64,000 bases of DNA, from positions 28,875 through 92,874 of IMG/VR virus record IMGVR_UViG_3300046501_000082; one strand, written 5' to 3'. Below the pieces are notes generated by a model. It was not told the DNA's origin. It saw only the letters and a list, made by a program, of their open reading frames with translations, and did no database searches. The DNA comes from a virus. Shown here piece by piece: positions 54,250-63,900 of this stretch (the first letter of the stretch is position 1; each line of letters opens with the position of its first letter). The position numbers and the translations under genes were made by a program.

Positions 54250-55596
54250 ATGAGGATTGATTTATGGAGTATAGATAAGAAAGAGAGAGTACAGATACAA
54301 ACTAAGCTTACACACTTTAACATCCACTACAATCAGACTAAGCAATACAAACACATTGTAGACGAGATAATGGAGTTAGGGGCAGGGAAGAAAGAAGTTT
54401 GGTGCGTAGTAACAAATATAGCTCGTGCTCTTAAATACAGAGCTATTGGTTTATCTGTCCCTAGGCAGCGTAGTGCCTATTCCAACAACGAACAGGGGAT
54501 ATCTCAGCGTAGGATGGTTATTCTCCTTGACAAGCTTGAGGAGAATGATTACACTGATAACTTTACAGGTGGTGTTGTAGATTGGAAAGAGATGGATACA
54601 GTACAAAGTTGTATTGTGTTTAAGCAAAAGCTTCTTGACTTGTTCATTGGTGTAGATGTGAGTCAAGAGCAAGACTATTTCAATGTTGTTGAGATTAAAG
54701 ACAGGGAGACAAAAGAACTCAAGTCTAAATCCGGTGTTCGTGGTGTTAAGATTATCACGGAATACATGAATGCCTACAATCAGCAACTAATGAATACAGA
54801 AATTAGTGATGAGACAGGATTGTTATCTGTTCAACAATATAAAAGAGTCTTCTCGGACAATCTCCGACAGGGCGGAAGGATTTACAACACTGCTGGAGGT
54901 GTTCAAGTGAAGAATGAGGAAGAGCGTAGTTATATGAAGATTAATGGTGAAGAGATTGTTGAGCTAGACTTCAAGGCCATGCATCCAAGCCTTCTGTATG
55001 AGCAAGAGTATGAAGAGAACTCAGAAGATATTGATGATTGGATTAAGAACACTTGGGGTGGTGAGTATAATCCTTATGGTGCAAAGATGCCTTTTCTTAA
55101 AGTGAATGAACAGAAGGTTGAAGCGTTTAAGAATACATTTGGTCTCTCAAAGTACGATCCTATTCGCAACCTTAATAAGCATGCACTGATGGTCAGCCTG
55201 AATGCCAAGACATATCAGAAAGCCTATGTGCAAGTGACGGAGGAGTTTCGTGCTGATCAACTTGGATGGGATAACCTCACTAAAGATGCTAAGTTTTATG
55301 GTATTGAGTCAGTGGGTAACTTTCCGGGACACACAGTTTGTCAAGCTGTAGCTGCACATAATAAACCAATCGCTAAATACTTCTTTAAGGATCAAGGTAT
55401 CAAGATGCAGTATTTGGATAGCGAGATTGTTGCAGATGTGTTGAACCGGTTGCTTATGGAAGATGAAGTGTTGCTTCCTGAGCATGACAGTGTGATTGTT
55501 CGTGCAAGTATTAAAGACAAAGTGATTGGCTATATGCGTAGTGCCTATTTAGAGTTAATGGGTTCTGATAAGTTTTGTTATTTGGAGGTTAAGTGA
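54250..55596 (+). CDS. Minimal PolA/T7-RNAP superfamily polymerase-like protein, paralog 2
   Basis: GGRIY; motif A VELDFKAMH; motif B RNLNK; MQYLDS; motif C PEHDSV. Confidence 0.7.
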   Translation: MRIDLWSIDKKERVQIQTKLTHFNIHYNQTKQYKHIVDEIMELGAGKKEVWCVVTNIARALKYRAIGLSVPRQRSAYSNNEQGISQRRMVILLDKLEENDYTDNFTGGVVDWKEMDTVQSCIVFKQKLLDLFIGVDVSQEQDYFNVVEIKDRETKELKSKSGVRGVKIITEYMNAYNQQLMNTEISDETGLLSVQQYKRVFSDNLRQGGRIYNTAGGVQVKNEEERSYMKINGEEIVELDFKAMHPSLLYEQEYEENSEDIDDWIKNTWGGEYNPYGAKMPFLKVNEQKVEAFKNTFGLSKYDPIRNLNKHALMVSLNAKTYQKAYVQVTEEFRADQLGWDNLTKDAKFYGIESVGNFPGHTVCQAVAAHNKPIAKYFFKDQGIKMQYLDSEIVADVLNRLLMEDEVLLPEHDSVIVRASIKDKVIGYMRSAYLELMGSDKFCYLEVK

Positions 55597-56915
55597 AATG
55601 AACATCCCAGACGAAGTAGTTAAAATTGAAATTAGCCACAACACAATCCCAGCAAATCCTTACACAGCAACATATTGTGTATTGGTTAATGCCACAGTTG
55701 AGGAAGTGATTGAGTGCGCAGAGAAGTATCCAAAGGCGTTTGTGTTTACATTTGATACAACTCCAGTAGACAGGATAAAGCAAGATACGCTGGATTACAC
55801 ACCGCTACAGCCTGTTATTGAAGAATACATGGATGAAGATGGTGATATCATGCACCGATATGCAGAGGGTAGCTATAAACCTTGGATGGAGCGTTTAGTG
55901 CAGCGTTTGTATATTGGGAATTTCAAAGCTGAAGATCATAAGACTGCTATTGATCAGTTTGTGGAAAACAGTATTGGTAAAGATCAGGAATTAATTTATT
56001 CAAAAGGTTACAATAAATGAATGAATTGGACGAGGTATGTAAAATACAGCAAATAAGCCGTATATATTATGGCTGTGAACTCAAACCTTGTGATTGGGTT
56101 GTCTGGAATGACGAAAGACAATTATGGATTGAAACCGACGAACATTTTAGGAACAGGATAAGAAATGAAATACAAATTCCATGAACTAGAACCAAGCTAT
56201 GAGCTTTCCTCTGATGGTCGTAAATGGCCTGAAGAGGCTTGCAACAATACATGGAAGCTATTTAGAAAAGAAATCAACTGGATTGCCAAGAATCTAGACA
56301 AGGATGTTAATAAGTTTAAAGTGGACGATATGACATTTGGTGATCCTGTTGTATTTTATGATGGGAAATACTTCGGGTATCTTTTGGATGATTTCTATTA
56401 TGCAATGGATATAGACGATTGGGATAGTTATTGGTTGTTTGATAATTGAGGGTAAGAAATGAGTAACTATCAAGATTGGTATGACTCTGAGGTTGAAAAA
56501 TATAATCCAAACACAGCCGTTGCCGGTAATCTCGACAGAATTGGCAGCCTGTGTGGGATTGAAAGAAGCTCTTCTAATCAACTACTAGAAGATGATAATA
56601 GTTTCAGAAAAAGAATCTTAGAAGAAACTAGCATTATACTTGACAAATAACTGTTGCTTATGGTTTACTAACAACTTGAAATAACAACCAAGGAGTCCAC
56701 AAGAATGGGCAACGAAAACTATTGCCCTGATTGTGGGGCTGAAGAAAAAGATTGTGTATGTTTCTTTGAAGAAAGTGCTGAAGAGTTTGTTGATGGATGC
56801 TTCCGTTGGGAATACCAACATGAAGGAATTAGTCATTATGGAACACTTTTCAAGAAAGTGATGCCTGATCGTGATAGTTAAAATCAATAAATGTACACAA
56901 TCTGATAGAAATATA

Positions 56916-56943
56916 TTGACAATAAGAAATAAGTCTGTATAAT
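56916..56943 (+). promoter_or_regulatory. Consensus sigma70 promoter upstream of the ncRNA/tRNA region
   Basis: TTGACA-16-TATAAT. Confidence 0.75.
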
Positions 56944-57074
56944 AGTAAACGTGAATCATTGCACAAAAGGAGAAAATAAAATGAAAGAAGAATACGAAGG
57001 CTTCATTGATAGTTGGGAAGATTACATTGGTGCTGAAGAAATTAGTTCAGTAGAAACAATTTAAAGAACACATT

Positions 57075-57572
57075 CAATCTTGACGAGGGTTGTCTAATTC
57101 CCTTTAAGGGGCTTGAAAGAATTCTGACGAGAGTTTAAAGTCTTCCATTGTGTGACTGGGAGCAATGAATTCTGTTAAGAAAACCATAACCTCTACGCCT
57201 ATCATTGAAGCGCACCAAGAGGTTTCTTAGTTTTACAAGCCAGAGGGATACACTTTGTGTATTGCTTGAAAGGTTGGGCACTACTTAGGGCACACAGTAA
57301 AGCGATGTAGAGTCTTTATTTGTCTGTCTCCAACACAGCTTGTACTTGTTTCACCCGACATCATACAAGTCTAAATTCTTTTAAGATTGATGTCTTCAAA
57401 CTGTCAGTGTTTTCTCTCCTTCCACTGACAACTTAAAGAGTGTCTGCCCTCTCCCAGATATCTCTTCGCATTTTCCCTAGGTGCTCTCCTCACTTGGGAA
57501 AATGCTTTCTTAAGTCCTATTACCGTTTATTAACGAACTGCAATGTTTATTGCTGATAGGCTTTAAGAAATC
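57075..57572 (+). ncRNA. Putative structured non-coding RNA with CUCUCC(U) hairpin loops
   Basis: No ORF; consecutive hairpins, three with CTCTCC loops (57402-57430, 57436-57466, 57468-57505). Confidence 0.6.
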
Positions 57573-57581
57573 TATTTCAAT

Positions 57582-57653
57582 TGGCTGATAGTGAAACGGT
57601 TATCACATGTCCCTTTGACGGACACATTCTCTGTTCGAATCAGAGTCGGTCGG
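57582..57653 (+). tRNA. tRNA-Gln (UUG), CCA not encoded
   Basis: Cloverleaf: D arm GTGA/TCAC, anticodon arm TGTCC-CTTTGAC-GGACA, T arm CTCTG-TTCGAAT-CAGAG. Confidence 0.85.
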
Positions 57654-57677
57654 CCTGCCAAACAAAAGGTGTTTAAT

Positions 57678-58085
57678 ATGTCAAATAAGAAGCCCACACA
57701 AACTGATAAGTCTCGTGCTACACAGTTCGACGGAGAAAAGTCAAATCGTAACACCAAAGGCAATTCCTCTACTCGAATCCAAAAGAGTAAACTGCGTGAT
57801 CTTGCAGACAAATTGATTGAAAGACAAGAGATTGCTTTGCAACTTATCGATAAGAGTCTTAAGAGTGAAGCTGTGGACCCCGATGCAGTATCAAGCGCAA
57901 AGTGGGTTATACAAAGCATCAATTCGGTTGTGAAAAGTGCTAGCGCAGAAGAGCTTGGTTCATTCAATGCACGTCTCAAAGGCAAGCGAGATGATGAACT
58001 TGAAGAGCAGACTCCTAAAGAGATTGCTGCTGAGTTGAAACCACGTCTTAGTTTGGTGTATGTTGATCCAGATGAAGACGAGTAA
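57678..58085 (+). CDS. Putative terminase small subunit-like protein (start MSNKKPT)
   Basis: QF.G..SN.N.KG N-terminal motif resembling DUF5681/TerS-like proteins; lies upstream of terL. Confidence 0.4.
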   Translation: MSNKKPTQTDKSRATQFDGEKSNRNTKGNSSTRIQKSKLRDLADKLIERQEIALQLIDKSLKSEAVDPDAVSSAKWVIQSINSVVKSASAEELGSFNARLKGKRDDELEEQTPKEIAAELKPRLSLVYVDPDEDE

Positions 58086-58288
58086 GATTTAAAGAATCAA
58101 GCTGCAAGGCTTGGTAGCTTCACTGCCTAGTGAATGCACCCGGACGCTCTGGCGGGCGTCCACCCTAACTCGCAATAAAGATTATAAGCAGACGGGGCTG
58201 TTAGTTACCTAGAAGCCTTAGTTGTCTGTTAAGGCTATAAACCTCGCAAAGACCTCTAAAATAAAAATACAAGAATAAGAGGTGTTTC

Positions 58289-58576
58289 ATGGCAGATACT
58301 TTAGCCGACATAACCCTAACAGCCGGTGTTTGGCTGGATGTATATAATGCTTCGGGGATTGCTCCTCAAAGTGATTTGATTATTAAGAATAAGAGCACAT
58401 CTGTTGCTTACATTCAAGTTAAAGCTTCCACTCCTACAGTTAATACGGATGGTTGGCCTCTAAACCCTTTAGCGTCATCTTTGGGTGGAGACTGGACAAC
58501 TATCACGAAGGTTCCAGCAGGTAGCCGTGTATGGATTCGCGGTACTGGTAAAATCTTTGTTCAATTGTTTGACTGA
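58289..58576 (+). CDS. Putative virion structural/decoration protein
   Basis: Beta-rich small protein coupled to the fibre gene. Confidence 0.45.
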   Translation: MADTLADITLTAGVWLDVYNASGIAPQSDLIIKNKSTSVAYIQVKASTPTVNTDGWPLNPLASSLGGDWTTITKVPAGSRVWIRGTGKIFVQLFD

Positions 58577-58586
58577 GGGGTAGACT

Positions 58587-60812
58587 ATGAGTATTATCCC
58601 GAGTAAGAACAAAGTAACAATCATTGAAGGCGAAGACAACGATCTTTCCCAATGGCCAGCCAACCAGTTACCTTATAAAACAGACGAAGGTATGATTGAA
58701 GGCTCTGGTCTTCGTATCCTATCATCTGGCACTCTCCTAGCTCCTGTGGGCTTTGCTGTAGAAAGTGGGTCGATTGACTTTGGTGATGTTCTACGTCTAT
58801 CTGAGTCAGCAGGCTTTCTAGCCTTTGAGAATATGGTTGATAGAGAGAAGTATCAACTTCTTGATTACGCAGTGCCTCGTACAGCTCCATCATCCAAACC
58901 TTATTATTTCAAACTGATTGAAGCTGAAAGAAAAGCTTTGAATACAGATGGTGATTCTGTAGTAACAACAAATCCTCTTTCTTTTGAATACCGTACCCTT
59001 CTAACAGCTCGTACAAACTCTATTACTTTCAAAGCTACAGCAGCAATGACTAATGTCAGGTTGCGTATCAGAGATAAGGATTCAGACGTTGCTGTCAAAT
59101 ACTTTCCCTCTAAATCTGCTTGGGTTGAAGGTGTAGGTGGTACGGGGTTTACTGTTGGGGATAATGTTCTAGACTTTCAAGATACAGCCTTGATCTTTCA
59201 AGCCGGTACAGACATTATCTTTGATATAGTTGCTGACAATGTATCACTTTCAGCTAGTGCTGGTATTCCTAAGTTCTCAGCAATGGTTCAAGAGGGTGTA
59301 TTTGTTGGTGTAGCTGATGTTACAGAAATTGCAAACATTCAAAGTCAAGTGGATGATCTGGATAGTGGATTCTCTGGTATATATGCTGATTTAACTGGCA
59401 TTCCAGCGATGTTTACACCAAGTCCTCACCAGCACTCTATCTCTGACGTTATCGATCTAGAAGACACTATTTCTTCACTGTCTGATGCCATTGAGAGCGC
59501 TAATGGAAGCCTAGATGACTTAGCTGTTGTGGCAACCACTGGTGATTATCAGGATCTGCTAAATAAGCCTTCTATCCCAACTGTAAGCTATCCTGTCACT
59601 TCTATTAATACCAAAACGGGTAGTGTTGTCCTCACAGCAGCAGACGTAGGGGCTATTGGTGTTGGTGAGGGTATTAATTACTCTCAGATTACAAATCCTC
59701 CAACTATTCCAGTAGCACCAACTAACACGTCTCAGCTTATTAATGACAGTGGCTATATCAGTTCTGTTACATATCCTGTGATAAGTGTTAACGGTAAGAC
59801 TGGCAGCGTAGTCTTGACATCTGGTGATGTAGGGGCAGCCTCGTTAGCTCACAGCCATCCTATCAGCGATATTGCAGGACTACAGGCAAGTCTTGATAGT
59901 AAAGCATTAGCCTCATCTCTTGCAGATTATGCAACCAATATCTATGTTACAAATGGATTATCCCTTAAGCTTAATACGCCTAGTGGTAACACTAACCAGT
60001 ATATCCGTGGTGATGGAACGTTAGCATTATTTCCAGCTATCCCTGTGTCAAGCGTAAATGGAAAGACTGGTGTAGTAGTTCTCAATCCTACAGATATTGG
60101 TGCAGCAGCATTCGGGCACACTCATGTTATTTCTGAAGTGGTTGGCCTACAAGCTACCTTGGATGGTAAAGCTTCAGCAAGTGATTTGTCTGGATATGCT
60201 ACAACTACTGCTCTGACCACAGGATTGGCTGGGAAGTTTAATAATCCGACAGGTACAACTGCTCAGTATGTAAGCGGAAATGGATCACTGGTAACATTCC
60301 CTGCAATACCAACTGTTCCAACAAACATAAGCGCTTTTACTAATGATAGTGGATATGTCAATCAGGCTGGGGCAAGAAGCTCTATTAGTTTGACAACTAC
60401 AGGGTCAGGAGCAGCAACTTATAACTCCAGCACTGGTGTATTAAACGTTCCAGCACCGACTACAAGAACTTATGCAAACCCTGCACGTACACTGAACTCT
60501 GCTTTTCAGATAAGTGCTACAAGGGATGCTATGGTCAGCTATGCTGTAGATATTACAGTGAGTGCTTTAATAGTAGGTGGTACATCAGGAAGAGTCTGGT
60601 TAGAGTATGCTAACGAAGTTGGATTTACAACAGGGGTTACAGTTGTGACTTCCTCTGGTGCTTCTACTAGTGGTGTTCTTAACGTAACCGTTCTTGGTAC
60701 AGCTAATCTTACAGGGCTGATCCCTACGGGTAAGTTTGTAAGACTTAGGACACAGAACGTTACAGGTACTCCTACATATAGCTTTCAATCTTCGCAGGAA
60801 GTTGTTGTTTAG
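58587..60812 (+). CDS. Fibre-like virion protein with phage tail repeats
   Basis: 3x V.S[IV]N.KTG.VVL...D[IV]GA, 3x H.H.IS[DE][VI]..L, 2x NDSGY repeats. Confidence 0.7.
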   Translation: MSIIPSKNKVTIIEGEDNDLSQWPANQLPYKTDEGMIEGSGLRILSSGTLLAPVGFAVESGSIDFGDVLRLSESAGFLAFENMVDREKYQLLDYAVPRTAPSSKPYYFKLIEAERKALNTDGDSVVTTNPLSFEYRTLLTARTNSITFKATAAMTNVRLRIRDKDSDVAVKYFPSKSAWVEGVGGTGFTVGDNVLDFQDTALIFQAGTDIIFDIVADNVSLSASAGIPKFSAMVQEGVFVGVADVTEIANIQSQVDDLDSGFSGIYADLTGIPAMFTPSPHQHSISDVIDLEDTISSLSDAIESANGSLDDLAVVATTGDYQDLLNKPSIPTVSYPVTSINTKTGSVVLTAADVGAIGVGEGINYSQITNPPTIPVAPTNTSQLINDSGYISSVTYPVISVNGKTGSVVLTSGDVGAASLAHSHPISDIAGLQASLDSKALASSLADYATNIYVTNGLSLKLNTPSGNTNQYIRGDGTLALFPAIPVSSVNGKTGVVVLNPTDIGAAAFGHTHVISEVVGLQATLDGKASASDLSGYATTTALTTGLAGKFNNPTGTTAQYVSGNGSLVTFPAIPTVPTNISAFTNDSGYVNQAGARSSISLTTTGSGAATYNSSTGVLNVPAPTTRTYANPARTLNSAFQISATRDAMVSYAVDITVSALIVGGTSGRVWLEYANEVGFTTGVTVVTSSGASTSGVLNVTVLGTANLTGLIPTGKFVRLRTQNVTGTPTYSFQSSQEVVV

Positions 60813-60917
60813 GCTTAAGTTTTAAAGATGATTTATAGAGGATATTCATGGACGAATATCTTTTAGTAAGTTATTTTAATTATATTTTTAGAAAAGCTTG
60901 ACAGCGGTGATAAATGT

Positions 60918-61310
60918 TTGATACACTTCATCCTCAAGATTAAGAACAGAGGAGAATTTAAAGTGAGTAATAAATATATTGCATATGTAACTGGTAGTGA
61001 TGCTATTGGTTATTCGTTTATGAAGAATGTTGTAGAGCTTGCTCAGAAAGGGGCAACTCTTCAGGAAGGTAAAGTTCCTTGTCTACGTTTTCCTCATTCA
61101 GCTTTCATGGAATTTGAAACTGATGAGTTGATGGAAGATAAACCGGGATTTAGGTATCAGATTGTTTGTGAAAATCTTACACGCGAGCAGCTTGACGATC
61201 TTGAGTGGGAAGCTTTTAAAAAGCAACTTAAACGTCAGTTCGGTATTGGTGGGAGAAACCGAGAGCAGATGACTCGTGAGTATTTGAAAGCTTCTGGTCA
61301 GGAAGAATAA
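60918..61310 (+). CDS. Hypothetical phage protein (likely GTG start near 60963)
   Basis: SD GAGGAG precedes GTG. Confidence 0.6.
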   Translation: MIHFILKIKNRGEFKVSNKYIAYVTGSDAIGYSFMKNVVELAQKGATLQEGKVPCLRFPHSAFMEFETDELMEDKPGFRYQIVCENLTREQLDDLEWEAFKKQLKRQFGIGGRNREQMTREYLKASGQEE

Positions 61311-61343
61311 AACAATTTAATTAACTAGCATGGGAGAATTCAC

Positions 61344-62099
61344 ATGGCTAACAAAGTTGGAAACTATCGCAAAACTTATGATCAGTTCTATGAGTCGAAT
61401 GGCTACGGCACACTTGAGGTGCTAGGACGGGCTGAGGGAAGTAAGAAGTTGCGTGTTAGGTTTGTTAACACCGGGTACGAAACAATTGCCGAAGCGGGTA
61501 ATGTGCTTGCTGGAAAGGTAAGAGATTTTAGTGTACCCCGGGCAAATACACATGATTGGCAAGCTTGGGATGAAGACTTTACCAATAATGCCGGATTCAG
61601 CGGTAAGATCATCAGTAAGAAAGCCAGTAAGTGTGTTGTGCAGTTTAATGAGACTGGGTATACAACAACCGTAGAAATTCATAATGTTCGTAAGGGTAAG
61701 ATTTCAGATCCTTATAGCAAGACATTCTTGGATATCGGTTACTTGGGTGAATACGAACTTCTACCTTATTGGAAACAAGCTAAACAGCTTTGGTCTAATA
61801 TGATGAAACGTTGTTATAACCCAAAAGATTATATGGGCTATTTTGGTCGTTGCTTTGTTGATGCCCGTTGGCACTGTTTTGCAAACTTTCTTACTGACAT
61901 TTCTAAACTTGAAAACTTTGAGATGTGGCTTAATGCCAGTGAGACAGGACTTAAATACAATCTTGATAAAGATTTAAAAGTTCCAGATAACAAAGTGTAC
62001 TCACGAGAGCTTTGCATGTTTGTGACTGAGTATGAAAATAAGTCAGCAGGAGCAGTTAATGCCCGTGCATTAGATAAGGTAAACGGTAGATATGTCTGA
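61344..62099 (+). CDS. Free-standing HNH-type homing endonuclease overlapping the terL start
   Basis: WSNMMKRCY, W.CFANF, LDKD...YSRELCMFV...N; two N-terminal repeats. Confidence 0.85.
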   Translation: MANKVGNYRKTYDQFYESNGYGTLEVLGRAEGSKKLRVRFVNTGYETIAEAGNVLAGKVRDFSVPRANTHDWQAWDEDFTNNAGFSGKIISKKASKCVVQFNETGYTTTVEIHNVRKGKISDPYSKTFLDIGYLGEYELLPYWKQAKQLWSNMMKRCYNPKDYMGYFGRCFVDARWHCFANFLTDISKLENFEMWLNASETGLKYNLDKDLKVPDNKVYSRELCMFVTEYENKSAGAVNARALDKVNGRYV

Positions 62100-62190
62100 C
62101 GATAATGTTGTATCGCCAGCCAGCCCCAAGCAAGCAGCCTTTCTCAAGGCTGTTTCAGAAAATGATATAGTCCTCTTCGGAGGCGCGGCT
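62092..62190 (+). CDS. terL: Terminase large subunit exon 1 (not in ORF track)
   Basis: MSDDNVVSPASPKQAAFL...VLFGGAA; joins GSGKS to form Walker A. Confidence 0.9.
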
Positions 62191-62423
62191 TAACACTATG
62201 GGTCGCGTAAAACCCCTCTAATTGCTGGAACTCTCAAAGAGACAATCAGCAGCGAAGGCTTAGAAATAAGTAACGTTCAGAGACTATCGAAAAGACACTT
62301 TAAAGTGGAACTTAGTAGAGTAGGTTGCAAGTGCAATCGAAACGGGGGGCAACTTAATAGTTGAAGATATAGTCCGATTCTTTCAGCAATGGAAGGAAGT
62401 TTAACGAACTTCATAAGTATTTG
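62191..62423 (+). ncRNA. Group I intron 1 in terL (233 nt, ORF-less)
   Basis: P1 GCGGCU/GGUCGC with U-G; AAUUGCUGGAA, AAUCAGCAGC, UCAGAGACUA, GAUAUAGUCC; terminal G. Confidence 0.93.
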
Positions 62424-63641
62424 GGTAGTGGTAAAAGTTATCTGGGGGTAATGGCTTTTCTTCAGTGGGCACAAGATCCCGCTATGGAAAAGTTTCGTGG
62501 AGTTATTCTGCGAAGGACGATGGTCCAAGTGACAGGCCCCGGCGGTCCGGCTGAGACTGGACAAGAGATTTACCAACAGTTTGGTGCTCAGTTTAAAATT
62601 AAAGACAGTAAATTTATTTTTCCGAATAAAGCTACTATTGTTTGTAAGGGCTGTGAGCAAGAGAAAGATAAGCATAACTTCCAAGGCTGGCAAGTTAGTG
62701 CATTTCTAGTTGACGAGGCTCAGCAGTTCGAAGAAAGTCAAGTGCTTTATTTCATCTCGCGGATGCGTACAGCAGCACCAATGAAGCCTGTGATGATGAT
62801 GACGGCGAACCCTGATTATAACAGCTACCTCCGTAAGTGGCTAGAAGATGCAGGGTATTTGGATGAACGTGGCCTCCCTCGTAAAGATCGTGATGGTAAA
62901 CGTATGTGGTTCATCCGTATAGACAACCAAATGGTCTGGAATGAATCAAAGGAAGAGTTACTTGCGACCTACGGTGAAAACTGTGGTCCTATGTCATTCG
63001 TTTTCCTGCCTGCAAATTGTCACGATAATCCAGTTTTGCTTCGACGTGATCCATCCTACGCCCATAAACTTATGAATATGCCTCGCGTAGAAATGGAACG
63101 CCTTTACCTCGGCTCGTGGTATGCGAAAGAATCTACAAGTGGCTTCTTTAAGAAAGAGTTTTGTACTCCCGTAAAACTACACGAACAGAATATCGTCTCT
63201 TACTGCCGTGCGTGGGATATCGCCGGAAGTTTGCCCAGTGAGGCTATGCCAAATCCTGATGCAACAGCTGGCGTCTTGATAGCTAAGACAAAATCTGGAA
63301 GATATATTGTTGTGGATGTAGTTAGGTTCAAAGCTAGGTTTGGTGAAGTCATGCAACGTATGATTGAAACTGCCAAATCAGATCCTGAAGGAACTCAGAT
63401 TCTTCTACCTCAAGAGCCTGGCCAAGCCGGAAAAGCAGCAGGTCAAATGATGATTAAAGAACTCCTTGAAGAAGGGTTCTATGCTCGCATGCGTCCAACT
63501 AACAAGTCTAAGGTAGTTCGTTTCCAACCCTTCGCAGCAGCAGCCGAAGCTGGCCTTGTTGACTATGTAGAAGATGCTTGGAACGATGTTTACTTCGACG
63601 AGTTGGAGCAATTTGACGGAAGTCGAAAAAATAAAGACGAT
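62424..63641 (+). CDS. terL: Terminase large subunit exon 2
   Basis: GSGKS, VDEAQQF, TANP, AWDIA nuclease motif, ends KNKDD. Confidence 0.93.
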
Positions 63642-63900
63642 TTACTAATCTTGGTCGTCTATAAACCCATTGAATTCGGTGGACATCTCATTAGAGACAA
63701 TACCGAGCGAAGCTAGAGAAATCTAGAACGTGTAACGACTATCGAAAACACACAGTAATGTGGAAGTGAGTAGAGTAGGGTCAAGTGACCCGAAGCGGTG
63801 GGCAAACAATTTTGTTTGAAGATATAGTCTCCTCTATATAGTGATATATAGCAGTCCCAATGGACTGAATAAGAATTAACGACTCTTATTTAAGATGATG
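63642..63900 (+). ncRNA. Group I intron 2 in terL (259 nt, ORF-less)
   Basis: P1 GACGAU/GUCGUC with U-G; GAAUUCGGUGG, AAUACCGAGC, GUAACGACUA, GAUAUAGUCU; terminal G. Confidence 0.93.

Noticed and set aside
57112-57145. CTGACGA with nearby GAAA, suggesting a hammerhead ribozyme
   Set aside because: No stem II followed by GAAA, and too little sequence between GAAA and CUGANGA for stems III and I
57591-57677. N-terminal extension of the 164-aa ORF
   Set aside because: Overlaps the tRNA; an SD supports the start at 57678
57654-57700. Possible tRNA-associated HDV-like (theta) ribozyme
   Set aside because: The sequence after the tRNA goes straight into an SD and ORF; no nested pseudoknot pattern seen
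62421-63716. ORF-track terminase as a complete gene
   Set aside because: Its TTG start and last 24 codons lie inside introns; the real gene starts at 62092 and continues at 63901
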